From the NCBI RefSeq assembly GCF_009914755.1, contig NC_060937.1: DNA of 64,000 bases; one strand, 5' to 3'. Positions within the stretch are counted from its first letter, which is position 1. The number at the start of each line of letters is the position of its first letter. The notes under the pieces are model-generated. The model worked only from the letters and a program-made list of their open reading frames with translations. It did not search any database and was not told the origin of the DNA. Position numbers and translations under genes: made by a program. This DNA is from the human T2T-CHM13v2.0 reference genome, Homo sapiens. Positions 1-15,160 of the stretch are shown here, piece after piece.

Positions 1-259
1 CCTGGCTTCGCAAAAGAATGGATGTTTAATCTCATTAAGATTATATACTCAGACTCTAGAAGATTGGAGACTTGGAAGAGATAGGAATAGTGCACTGATG
101 CTGGATAAAGACAGTTAGATTAGAAAATGGGAAACAGCATGGGTATACACACACACAGAGGTTAAACAAAAATTGTGTAGGATAAACCAGTAGTAATGAA
201 AGGATAGAGAAAAAAATTGACTAATGTTATGCACCTAGTTTGGTGATTATGCTGACTAT

Positions 260-1170
260 ACCATAACTAGAGGAATGGCGGATGGCTGTTTTTCTATGTA
301 ATTGTAAAAATAGTATGACTCATTTTTTTGATGTTGACTTCTACAGCTTTTTAAAAAAATTTATTTTAAGTTCTGGGTTACATGTGCAGAACGTGCATGT
401 TTGTTGCACAGGTATATGTGTGCCATGGTCGTTTCCTGCACCTATCAACCCATCATCTAGGTTTTAAGCCCCGCATGCATTACGTATTTGTACCGATGCT
501 CTCCCTCCCCTTGCCCCCCATCCCCCGACAGGCCCCGGTGTGTGATGTTCCCCTCTCCATGTACATGTGTTCTCATTGTTCAGCTCCCACTTATGGGTGA
601 GAACATGTAGTGTTTGGTTTTCTGTTCCTGTGTTAGTTTGCTGAGAATGATGGCTTCCAGCTTCATCCATGTCCCTGCAAAGGACATGAATTCATTCTTT
701 TTTATGGCTGCATATTATTCGATGGTGTATATGTGCCACATTTTCTTTATCCAGTCCATCATTGATGGGCATTTGGGTTGGTTCCAAGTCTTTGCTATTG
801 TAAATAGTGCTGCAGTAAACATACATATGCATGTGTCTTTATAGAAGAATAATTCATAATCCTTTGGGTATATATCCAGTAATGTGATTGCTGTGTCAAA
901 TGGTATTTCTGGTTCTAGATATTTGAAAAATTGCCACACTGGCTTCCACAGTGGTTGAACTAATTTACACTCCCACCAACAATGTAAAAGCCTTCCTATT
1001 TCTCCACAGCCTAGCCAGCATCTGTTGTTTCCTGACATTTTAATAAGACTTATACAGCTTTTAAGCTTAATCCACCTCTGTGTCCCTCCTGCATAGCACC
1101 TGAGCAAGCTAGTAAGAGATCTCGGCTGCTCATTCCTTGGTGCGGGTGGGAGATTAAGACTAGCAACAAA
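260..1170 (+). mobile_element. Fragment of an old ERVL-class LTR (MER54/MER73/MER74-like group), split by the L1PA at 352-1046
   Basis: Joining the flanks across the L1 TSD gives ...ctacagcttttaagc...gcacctgagcaagctagtaaga...gctgctc...gggagattaagac, which aligns with the LTR-like segment at 20410-20530. Family name from memory. Confidence 0.5.
352..1046 (-). mobile_element. 5'-truncated LINE-1 (L1PA8-like): 3' UTR plus ORF2 C-terminus
   Basis: ORF 715-1197 contains [29 protein letters not shown]...MWHIYTIE (L1 ORF2 C-terminus). 16-bp TSD gactt(c/a)tacagctttt at 336-351 and 1047-1062. Confidence 0.95.
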
Positions 1171-1489
1171 CAACAGTAAACTGCTGTTGACGTGCAAAAT
1201 TTCACTGAACTACCTGGGTATTTGAGCAAACCCTTTGTTATACTAGGCAAATGCAAAACAATTCTCAATCACTGTGTGTGAAAACAATGGACAAAATTTC
1301 AGTGTGACTTGGACAATTTTGTGGAGAAAACATGATCTAATGGACACATATGTAACACTGTACAAAACAACTGAGGAATCTGTCCACCAAAAATCATACA
1401 TAATTTATCAAAATTAAGAATAGAAAGAGGAGTGAGAAGCTTAGGAATATGTCCTATGGATATCACTAAAACTTACTGAGAGAACAAAA

Positions 1490-3420
<1,931 letters not shown>

Positions 3421-3430
3421 TAAAATGGAG

Positions 3431-5986
3431 GTTTTTGTTTTTAATTTTTTTGGGTATATAGTAAGTGCATATATTTATGAGATACATGAGATGATTTGAT
3501 GTTGGTAACCAATGCATAGTAATCACATCATGGAAAATGGGGTATTTATCCCTTCAAGTATTAATCCTTTCTGTTACAAACAATCTAATTATTCTTTTAG
3601 TTATTTTTAAATACATAATTACATTAAAATTGACTATACCATCCTGTTGTGCTATCAAATAATAGGTCTTATTCTTACTATTTGTGCCCATTAACTATCG
3701 CTGCCACTCCACTCCAACCCACAATTACCCTTCCCAGCCTCCTGTAACTATCCTTCTACTCTCTGTTTCCATGAGTTAATTGTTTTGATTTTTAGATCCC
3801 ACAAATAAGTGAGAACATGTGACGTTTGTCTCTCTGTGTCTTGCTTATTTCACTTTATATAATGCACCTCCATTTTCATCCATGTTGTTGCAAATAATCA
3901 GGATCTCATTCTTTTTTATTACTAAATAGTACTCCATTGTATATAGGTACATTTTCTTTATCCATTCGTTTGTTGGTGGTCAAATCTAAGCTCCCAAATC
4001 TTGGCTATTGTGAACAATGCTGCAACAAACATGGGAGTGGAGATAGCTCTTCAATATACTGATTTATTTTCTATTGAGTATATACCCAGCAGTAGGATTG
4101 CTAGATCATATGGTTGCTCTGTTTTTAGTTTGTTGAGAAGGAAACCTCTAAGCTTTTCTCCATAGTGGTTGCAATAATTTACATTTCCACCAACAGCATA
4201 AAATGGTTCCCTTTTCTTCACATCCTCACCAGGATTTGTTATTGCCTATCTTTTGTATATAAGTCATTTTAACTTGGGTGAGATGACATCTCATGGTAGT
4301 TTTGATCTGCATTTTTCTAATGATCAATGCACCTTTTCATAGGCCTGTTTTCCATTTGTTTGTCTTCTATTGAGAAATATCTAATTCAAATAGCTCACCC
4401 ATTTTTGATCGAATTATTAGATTTTTTTCTCCTATAAAGTTGTTTAAGTTTCTTTTGTATTCCGCTTATTAATCCCTTGTCAAATGGGTAGTTTGAAAAT
4501 GTTCTCTCCCATTCTATGGGTTTTCTGTTTACTTTTGGATTGTTTCCTTTGCTGGGCATAATCTTATTAACTTGATGTGACCGCATTTGTCAATTTTTTC
4601 TTCGGTTGTCTGTTCTTTTGGAGTATTACCCAATAATTTTTTCCCCAGGCCAAAGTCCTGGAGAGTTTTTGCAATGTCTTCTTATAGTAGTTTCATGGTT
4701 TGAAGTACTAGATTTAAGTCTTTAATATATTTTTGGTTGATTTTTGTTTATGATGAGAGATAGCATCATTTATTGAAGAGATCATCTTTTCCCCAATGTA
4801 TGTTGTTGGCACCTTGGTTGAAAATGAATTCACTGTAAGTGTGTGGGTTTGTTTCTGAGTCCTCTACTCTGATACATTGGCCTATGTGTCTGTTTTTATG
4901 CCAATACATGCTGTTTTGGTTACTATATCTCTGTAGAATAATTTGAAGTCAGGTAGTGTGATTCCTCAAGTATTGTGCTATTCATTTAAGATAGCTTTGG
5001 CTATAAAGTTAAGGATTTTTTTTCTATTTCTGTGGAGAATGTAATTGGTATTTTGATAGGTATTGCATTGAATGTGTATATCTTTTTGGATAGCATGGAC
5101 ATTTTAACAACATAGGTTCTTTCAATCCATGAGAACGGAATATTTTTTCACTTTTCTGTGTCCTCTACAATTTCTGTCATCAGTGTTTTATAGTTTTCAT
5201 TATAAAGATCTTTCACTTCTTTGGTTAAGTTAATTCTTAGGTATTTAGTTTTTTGTGGCTATTTTAAATAGGACTAACATTTTTATTTCTTTTTCAGATC
5301 ATTCAACGTTTACATATAGAAACACTACTGATTTTTGTATGGTGATTTTATTTGCTGCAACTAACTGAATATGTTTATCATTTCTAACAGTTTTTTCTGG
5401 AGTATTTAGATTTTTACAAATATACAATCATATCATCAGCAAACAAGTATAATTTGACTTCTTTCTTTCCAATTTTGATTCTTTTTTTTTTCTTGTCTGA
5501 TTGCTCTAGCTAGGACTTTCAGTATCGTGTTGAATAACAGTAGTGAAAGTGGTCATTCATGTTGTGTTCCAGATATTAGGAGAAAGGCTTTCATTTTCTC
5601 CCATTTCAGTATGATACTACTTGTTGATCTGTAATATATGACTTTTATTATATTAAGTTATATATCTTTTATACCCAGTTTTGGGGGGTATAAAACGGAT
5701 GGGGAATTTTATCAAATGCTTTTTCAGCATCAATTGAATATCATATGGTTTTCATCTTTCATTCTGTTGATACGATTTAACATGTGGGTTGATTTGTATA
5801 TGTTGAACCCTTCTTGCATATCAGAGATAAATTAGACCTGGTCAAGATGAATTATCTTTTTAATGTATTGTTGAATTTGGTTTGCTATTATTCTGTTAAG
5901 AATTTTTGCACCAACATTCATCAATGATATTGGCCCATAGTTTTCTTTCTTTCTTCCTGTTCCTGCCTTCCTTCTTGTCTGCCTTT

Positions 5987-6046
<60 letters not shown>

Positions 6047-6048
6047 TC

Positions 6049-6083
<35 letters not shown>

Positions 6084-6134
6084 TTTCTTTCTCTTTCTTC
6101 CTTTCTAACTTTCTTTCTTTCTCTTTCTTTCTTT

Positions 6135-6193
<59 letters not shown>

Positions 6194-9100
6194 CTTTCTC
6201 TCTTTCTCAGTCTCTCCCTTCCTTCCTTCCTTCCTTCCTTCCTTCCTTCCTTTCTTCCTTCCTTCCTTCCTTCCTTCCATTCTTCCTTCCTTCCTTTCTG
6301 TCCTTCTCTCTTTCTGTTTCTAGCTTTTTGGCTTTTTTGCTTTTTCTTTCTTGCTTTCTTTTTTTTGATGTATCTTTGTGTGGTTTTGGTATCAGGATAA
6401 TACTGGCCTTATAGAATAAGTTTAAAATATTTATTTATTGTCTATTTTTTGGAATAGTTTGAATAGGATTGGTATTAGTTCTTCTTTAAATGTTTCATAG
6501 AATTCAGCAGTGAAGCCATAGAGTCCCTGGCTTTTCATTACTGAAAGGCTTTTTATCACCGCTTCTATCTCGTTGCTTGTTATTGGTCTGTTCAAGTTTT
6601 GGATTTCTTCCTGGTTCAATCTTGGTAGGTTGTATATGTCTAGCAATTTGTTCATTTCTTTTAGATTTTACAATGTATTAGCACACAGCTGCTCATAGGA
6701 GCCACTAATGCGCCTTTGAATTTCTTCAGTGCCAGTTACAATGTGTCCTTTTTCAACTCATCTTACTTATTTGGGCCTTCTCTCTTTTCTTCTTAGTTAG
6801 TCTGTAGTCTGGCTAAATGTTTGTCAATACTGTTTAACTTTTCAAAAAAAACTACTTGTTTCATTGATCTTTTTGAATTGTTTTCTTCATTTCAATTTCA
6901 TTTATTTCTGCTCTGCTCTTTATCATTTCTTTTCTTCTGCTAATTTTGGGTTTAGTTTGCTCTTCCTTTTCTAGTTCTTTAAGTTGCATTATTAAATTAT
7001 GTATTTGAAGTTTTTCTTCTTTTTGATGTAGGTACTTATAGCTATAAGCTTCCCTCTGAGTACTGCTTTTGCCGTATCCAATAGGTTTTGGTATGTTGTG
7101 TTTCCATTACCATTTGTTTCAAGAAATTCTTCAATTTCCTTCTTAATACCTTCATGGACCCACTGGTCATTAAATGGCATCCTGTTCGATTTTCATAAAT
7201 TTGTATACTTCCCAAAATTCCTCTTAGTATTCATTTCTAGTTTTATTCCATTATTGTCTGAGAGGATGTTTGTTATAATTTCAATTTCTTGAATGTTTTT
7301 AGATGTTTTTTGTGACCAAACATATCATCTATATTTGAGAATAATCCATGTGCTAAGGAAAAGAATATGCATTCTGCACCCATTTGAATAAAATGTTCTG
7401 TAAATATCTATTAGATTCATGTGTTCTATAGTGCCGATTAAATTCCATGTTTCTTTGTTGATTTTCTGTTTGGAAGATCTATCCAATGTGAAAAGTGAGG
7501 TGTTGAAGTCTCCAGTTATTATTGTATTGAAACCTATCTCTCGCTTTAGCTCTAATAATATTTACTTTATATGTTAGGATGCTCCAATGATAGGTGCATA
7601 TGTATGTACAATAGTTATAGTCTATTCCCGAATTGACACCTTTATCAGTTTATAGTGACCTTCTTGTCTCTTCTTATAGTTTTTATCTTGAAATCTATTT
7701 TGTATGATGTAAGTATAGCTACTCCTGCTCTTTTGGGTTTCTATTGATAATGGAATATCTTTTGCCATCTCATTATTTTCAGTCTATGTGTATCTTTATA
7801 GGTGAAGTGTGTTTCTTGTATGTAACAGGCATTGGGTCTTTTTATTTTTCCATTCACTCTATGTCTTTTGATTGGAGAGTTTAGCTCATTTATATTCAAT
7901 GATATTATTGGTATGTAAGAACTTACTACTGCTATTTTATTTGTTTTCTGTTTGTTTTGTGGCCTTCTCTGTTTACTTTCTCTCCTTCCTGTTTTCCTTT
8001 TAGTCAAGGTGATTTTCTCAGGTGATATAATCCAGTTTTTTTTCTTTTTATTTGCTGTATACTCATTGTATATTTTTAGGTTTGAGTTTACCTTGAGTCT
8101 TGAAAATACCATATTACAATTCATTATTTTGAGCTGATGACAACTTAACACGCTCTGCATAAACAAACAAGCAAAAAGAAAACTAATAAAGACTCCACAC
8201 CTTAACTTTGTCTGCCTACTTTCTAAGTTTTTGTTGTTTCTATTTATATTTTATTGTACTGTCTGTGTCTTGAAAAGTAATTAGGGTTACTATTTTTGAT
8301 TAATTGTAGTCTTTCTACTTAAGAGTAGTTTACACAGCATTGTTGCAATGTTACAATATTCTGTGTTTTTCTGTGTATTTACTATATTGTTAGTGAGTTT
8401 TGTACCTTCAGATGATTAGTTATTGCTCATTAACCTCCTTTATTTCTGATTGAAGTACTCCGTTTAGCATTTCTTGTAGGACAGGTATGGTCTTAATAAA
8501 ATCCTTCAGCTTTTGCTTGTCTGGGAAAGTCTTTATTTCTCCTTCGTATTTGAAGGATATTTGTGCCAGATGTACTATTCTACAGTAAAAGTTTTTTTTT
8601 TTTTTTTTATCACTTTAAATATGTCATGTCACTCTCTCCTGGCCTGTAAGGATTCCACTGAAAAGTCTGCTGAAAGACATATGGGAGCTCCATTATATGT
8701 TATTTGTTTATTTTCTCCTGCTGCTTTTAGGATTCTTTCTTCATTCTTGACCTTTGAGAGTTTGATAATCCGATGACTTGAGATAGTCTTCTTTGGGTTA
8801 AATCTTGGTGTTCCATAACCTTCTTGTGCTTAGATATTGATATTTTTCTCTAGGTTTGGGAAGCTCTCTGTTATTATCCCTCTGAATAAACTTTCTACCA
8901 CATCTCTTTATCTCCCTTTTAAGGCCAATAACTCTTATATTTGCCCTTTTGATCTTGTAGATCCTGTAGGCATGCTACATTATTATTATTATTTTGCTTC
9001 TTTCTCCTCTGTGTATTTTCAACTAAGCTGTCTTCTAGCTCACTAATTCTTTCTTCTGCTTGATTGATTCTGCTGTTAGAAGACTCCTAAGCATACTTCA

Positions 9101-11446
9101 GTATGTCAATTGCATTTTTCAGCTAAGAATTTATGCTTGATTCTTTTTCATTATTTTAATCTCTTTGTTAAATATGTCTGATAGAATCCTGAATTTAATC
9201 TCTGTGTTATCTTGAATTTCTCTGAGTTTCTCTAAAACAGCTATTTTGCATTCACTCTTTAAAAGATCACATTTCTCTGTTTCTCCAACATTGATCCTTG
9301 GTGCCTTCTTTAGTTCATTTGGTGAGGTCATGTCTTCCTGGGTGGTCTTCATACTTACAGATTTTTGTCTGTGTTTGGCATTGAAAAGTTAGGTATTTAT
9401 TGTAGTCTTCTCCACCTGGGCTTGTTTTTACTTGTCCTTCTCGGGAAGGCTTTCCATATCTTTGAAAGGACTTGGGTGATATGGTCTAAGCTATCTCCGC
9501 TTTGTGGGGCACCCCAAGACCCATTTTCTTGTGATTCGTGAAGACTTCTAGAGGTTCTGCCTTGATGGTCTTGGACAATATCCAGAAGAATTCTCTGGAT
9601 TACCAGGAAGAGACTCTTATTCTCTTCCCTTTAAAAAAACAAACAAACAAAAAAAAAAACTGAATGTCTATGCTCTGAGACACTTGAAGCTGGGTGTAGA
9701 GTGACATAAGCACCCCTGTGATCCCCACCATGAGGACAGTGCTGGGTCAGACCTGAAGCCCACATGGCACTTGAGTTTGTGCAAGTCATGTTGTAACCAC
9801 TCCCTGGCTACCATCTATGTTCACTCAAGGCTCTGGGGTGCTACAATCAGCAGGTGGTAAAACAGCCAGGCCTGTGTCCTTCCTTTCAGGTCAACAAGTT
9901 CCCCTAGGCACTGAGTAGATCCAGGGGTGTCTCTGGGAGCCAGGGACTGGAGTCAAAAACCCTCAAAGTCTACCTAGTGTTCTATTTTACTGTGGCTGAG
10001 CTGGCACTTAAACCATAAGATACAGTCTTTCCTCCTATTCTCTCCCTTTTCCAAAGGCAGAGGAGCTTCACTCCTTGGCCACTGACATCACAGGTCCATG
10101 GGGAGTACTGCCAGACTATCGCTGATGTTTCCTTAAAGACCAAGGACTCTTCAGTCAGCTTGTGGTGAATGCTACCTAACCCGAGACTTACCATTCAGGA
10201 CAGTTGGCATCGCTATGGCCCAGAGCAGGCCCAGAAATTCTGTCTAAGTGCTACATCCTGGAATTAGGGACCCCAAGAGCTCACTTGGTGCTCTAACTCG
10301 TTGTGGCTGAGCTGGAACCTAGGGTACAAGACAAAGTCCCCTTTACCTTTCCCTCCATTTCATTTTTCTCAAGCAGAAGGAATCTCAGCCTGTGGCCACC
10401 AAAGCTGGGAATGTGCTGAGTCTCACCTAAAGCCAGCATGTCTCAACGTATTATCCAAGGCCCACAAGGTATAATGTGGGTATTACTGCAGGCTATTCAG
10501 AGCCCAAGGGCTCTTCAGTTAACAGGTGATTAACCCTGACAGGTTTAGGACCTTCTCTTCAAGGCAACAGGTTCCCTTTTGGCCCAGGGTGTGTCTAGAA
10601 ATGTCATCCAGAAACTCTGGCTTGGAAAGTTGGCCTCACCACTCTGATTGGTGCCCTGTGCTGCTGTGACTGAGCTGGTATCCAAGATGCAAGACAGAGT
10701 TTCCCTCGACTTCTCACTTCTCTCCTCAATCCTCTCCTCAAGTGAACGCAAGGGACCACTTTTGGAGCCATGAGCTGTGCTGCTTGGGGTTAGGGCAGGA
10801 GTGAGACCAGCACTCCCTTAGCTGCCCTAGCTGCTATCTCAGTGGGTCACGTGCTTCCTCCTCCACAACCCCCCATCCTTCCAGTCCACTGGCTCTTGGC
10901 CCAGTTCAACACTAGGACTCATTTAGGAGTTGTGGTTCTTGTGGCCTAGACTGCTTTTCAAGTTTATTTTGAGCCCCAGAGCTCTTTAGCTTGCAGTGGT
11001 GAGGCTTGTGGGAACTCATATTTCAACCACTGGCTTTGGCAATTTTCCTCGGGCCAAGGTTCATTCAAATGCTCCCTCTGTGGGTAGGCATCAGCAGAGA
11101 TGGGTTCACTTTTGCTTTCTGCTATAACAGGGTGACACTGAGTTCAATGCATCACAATTGCTGTGCTCTTCCTCTCCTCAGTGCACAGAATTGCTCTCTA
11201 CATTATGCCACCACTGTTGAGGAATATGGAGGTGTGACATTGGTGATTCAAACCTGTTTTTGTTTTACCTTTTCGGTACCTCTTTCAGTGATATGAAGTT
11301 AAAACCAAGTACTATGAGTACTCACCTGATTTTTGGTTCTTGTGTAAAAGCTTTTTTTGTGTATAAATAGTTGGTAAATTGGTGTCTTTGCAGGGGGGTG
11401 GTGACAGTCAATGAAGTCCTCTATTCTGCCCTATTGCTCTGCTCCA
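3431..11446 (-). mobile_element. Near full-length, non-coding LINE-1 of L1MA1-L1MA3 type (5' UTR, ORF1, ORF2, 3' UTR)
   Basis: L1MA-type 3' UTR at 3440-3800. ORF2 remnants: 6431-6655 [28 protein letters not shown], 6992-7180, and 7741-8166 (endonuclease start, IQETHF). ORF1 N-terminus at 9131-9352 (MTSPNEL...KIAVLEKLREIQDNTE). GC-richer 5' UTR at 9400-11446. Confidence 0.9.
5941..6366. repeat. (TTTC)n/(TTCC)n polypyrimidine microsatellite inside L1 ORF2
   Basis: Direct inspection; explains low-complexity ORFs 5906-6400 and 5921-6280. Confidence 0.97.
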
Positions 11447-12117
11447 CTATTTCTGTTTTTGTTTCTGTTTTCCTAAGCTAGTTGGGCAGTATATGAGTAC
11501 TCCTCTTCATATTATTCTTTAAACTATCTATTTTAAATATATATGCTATCTTTATATCTTTATGTAGAATATACTTCACAATTATTAAAATGATTCATCA
11601 AGTGTCTAGCAAGGTGAATCATACCCATGCACAAGCACTCATGCATGCACTCACATACTCACAAATTTAAGTGTGTAGGTGGATGCTCACAGTGAAAGAT
11701 CACAGTGAATTTTTAGAACAAGAAGAATCACTCAAGATCTAACAAATTTCAAAGAGGTGAAATCCTTCACAAAGTTGTAACAATTATATAGCAGATAAAT
11801 AAAAATTATCATTGGCAAAATTGGAATAATATGTAAAACATTAGAAAATATGTTATAGAACAAATACCAGATAATATACAATAAAAAATCTCATACTAAA
11901 CTATGTTAGTATACTTTACAATGGTTTCACTATAGGAAATAAATATTGATTATTGTTGTAGTTTAAATGTTTTGCCAAATAATAAAGATGGTAATGGAAT
12001 GTAGGAATGCCTTCATTTGTATGAGAAAAAATATTTTCAACATTGAAGTATATTCAATCAAATATATGGCAGAATAAAATTTTACTCATAAAAAGTTTGA
12101 GCAAGTTTACATTTTCT

Positions 12118-12927
12118 TTTTTTTATTTATTTTTTATTTTTTTTAATTTTTTTTCTCTATTTTATTTATTTATTTTTATTATTATACTTTAAGTTTTAGG
12201 GTACATGTGCGCAATGTGCAGGTTTGTTACATATGTATACATGTGCCATGTTGGTGTGCTGCACCCATCAACTTGTCATTTAGCAATAGGTATATCTCCT
12301 AAAGCTATCCCTCTCCCCTCCCCCAACCCCACAACAGTCCCCAGAGTGTGATGTTCCCCTTCCTGTGTCCATGTGTTCTCATTGTTCAATTCCCACCTAT
12401 GAGTGAGAATATACGGTGTTTGGTTTTTTGTCCTTGCGATAGTTTACTGAGAATGATGATTTCCAATTTCATCCATGTCCCTACAAAGGACATGAACTCA
12501 TCATTTTTTATGGCTGCATAGTATTCCATGGTGTATATGTGCCACATTTTCTTAATCCAGTCTATCATTGTTGGACATTTGGGTTGCTTCCAAGTCGTTG
12601 CTATTGTGAATAGTGCCACAATAAACATACGTGTGCATACGTCTTTATAGCAGCATGATTTATAGTCCTTTGGGTATATACCCAGTAATGGGATGGCTGG
12701 GTCAAATGGTATTTCTAGTTCTAGGTCCATGAGGAATCGCCACACTGACTTCCACAAGGGTTGAACTAGTTTACAGTCCCACCAACAGTGTAAAAGTGTT
12801 CCTATTTCTCCACATCCTCTCCAGCACCTGTTGTTTCCTGACTTTTTAATGATTGCCATTCTAACTGGTGTGAGATGGTATCTCATTGTGGTTTTGAGCA
12901 GAGAAATGGCTATCAGAGAAATGCAAA
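12118..12927 (-). mobile_element. Young 5'-truncated LINE-1 (L1PA2/L1PA3-like) with a short 5' inversion
   Basis: T-rich tail at 12118-12185. ORF 12386-12886 is an uninterrupted ORF2 C-terminus ([22 protein letters not shown]...SLIGGN). TSD tttacattttct at 12106-12117 and 12928-12939. Confidence 0.95.
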
Positions 12928-13890
12928 TTTACATTTTCTATGAATCCATCCCTGCCAAAGTACCAGATAATAATTGGTAAGACAGCACATGCTTTATTTA
13001 ACATTTTATGGCCTTAATTGAATGGAATGCAATTAAAAGTTTGAGTCAGGAATCTCTACTTTTGTTCAACTAACTATTCACTTTGACAGCCTGAAGTGTC
13101 TTTTCTTTTAAAAATGGTTAAAGAAGTACCAATAACCTAGTTTTATCATTACCACGGACCCATTTATTGCCCAAATTCCATGGAAAAATTAGCGCCCATA
13201 TCATTGTCACATACTGAATGTTTTGTTAAAGCAAGAAATATAGTTTTGTTTAATTTGTTCCAATGTGTAAATGGAGGAATTCTGATTCTGAAGAAACATT
13301 CCCCTTTGAACTTAGTTATCAATATCATTGTTTTGAAATGTTTGCTGTCTCTATAGGGTCTAATGTACCAGGTCGGTAGAGATACTACCTGGAAACTTTG
13401 GTGGCGGGGGGGAGAAGTAAATTCTGTGAGAATTTAAGGTCAATTTGTTTCATTCATAATTGAAAGAATATTAATTATAGGAGTAAAACAATGATATGAA
13501 TTAAAATTACATAAATACTAATAAATCTTAAAAATTTTTAATGCCAACATAACAGACAAAGCAAAAAGAATATAACATTTGTTAAAATGGAAAAATATAA
13601 TATATATTAAGTGCTTCCAGATTAATTTAAAAAATAGAAAATATAGATTAGATTATTAAATAATAGAATAAGTTAAAATTTTTGTCAGGTTGGTAACATT
13701 AAAAATGGCAGTTTCCACTTCTCTCATATATTTTTTAAGGGAATTTTGTATAGTATATCAGTAATTTAAATGTGTATAATTGTTGTTCCACTAAGTTCTA
13801 CTTAATAAAACACTCTTCGAATGATCTAAGAAAAATGTGTAGCAGTGAAAAAAATTGCTACATAAATGTGTATATTAAAATATTTCAATT

Positions 13891-14200
<310 letters not shown>

Positions 14201-14307
14201 GGCAAAATTCAATTAAACAAAACTCTGAAATTAATAAATAGTTATCTAAAGAGAGCAACTTCTAGATAATTTATACACAGTAAGACAATGTGGTTGTTTA
14301 AAAACTA

Positions 14308-14802
14308 GTCATGATATTTTAAAAGCATGTCTACAAACAATTTGACACTTCTTCCATAAAGAGTCCAGGTCTCTGTCTTCTTTCTAAAAATGTAATTGGA
14401 GCAGAAAGGGTGAGTGACTGCCTTGAATCACTAGAGTACGTACAATATTCTTCAGGTTGATCATAAAAGTTACTGCAGATTCACTACACAATTGCTATTG
14501 AGACATCGAGCCAGCTGCAAGAACAACCCTGAGCCCATCCTACCTAAGAAACCATATTTAAGCATTCTGCAGATAAGCCCAGCCTTGCAGCATCCCCAAA
14601 ATCCTTCAGACCTGTCAATCCACCAGTTAAAGAGAATATGCCCAACTGAACTATTTTTATGCCACACAGAATGAAAGAATCATCCATCTGAATCCTGTGC
14701 AAATTCCTCTCCCACAAAAGAGTGAAATATAAGAAAATGGTTGTGGTTTAAGCCACTGCATTTTGGATTGTTTGTTGCACAGTTTGTGTAGTATTATTAA
14801 CA
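14308..14802 (+). mobile_element. MaLR solo LTR (MLT1F/G/H-like)
   Basis: tttgacacttcttcc near the start; typical MLT1 end aaatggttgtggtttaagccact...ttttggattgtttgtt. Confidence 0.65.
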
Positions 14803-14955
14803 TTGGAAGATAATCAGATTGTTGAAAAGAGCATGAACAATAGATGCCCATTTGGTAAAAGAAAATTCACATACACAAAAAAAAAGGAGAAAGGGAAAAG
14901 GAAGAAAGAGAGAGAGGGAGGGAGGGAGAAGGAAAGTGAAGGAAGGAGAGAGATT

Positions 14956-15020
14956 TATATCAAAAGACATTTTGACAGAAGTTAACATTGTATATCAAAA
15001 GACATTTTGACAGAAGTTAA
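14956..15020. repeat. Perfect 30-bp direct repeat with 5-bp spacer
   Basis: tatatcaaaagacattttgacagaagttaa at 14956-14985 and 14991-15020. Confidence 0.95.
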
Positions 15021-15160
15021 TGATATATGATTTAATGAGGCTGTTTTGTACTTTCCAGAACAGCAGTTATTTATTCACATTGAACACCTACTTTTTAGGT
15101 GATGCAAAGAATAGAAAAAAGTATGAAACAGAATATTAACTAAAGATTGAGATGTTTTGA

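Noticed and set aside
1066-1160. Imperfect hairpin (cttaatc...gattaag) as an ncRNA or MITE
   Set aside because: Stems are short and bulged, and the sequence is better explained as an LTR fragment homologous to 20410-20530.
715-1197. 160-aa ORF as a gene
   Set aside because: Chance fusion of antisense LTR-like flank with the L1 ORF2 C-terminus across the truncation junction.
5906-6400. Phe/Leu/Ser-rich and Lys/Glu/Arg-rich ORFs
   Set aside because: Translations of the (TTTC)n/(TTCC)n microsatellite.
12386-12886. Intact 166-aa ORF
   Set aside because: C-terminus of L1 ORF2 in a truncated, promoterless copy; open because the copy is young.
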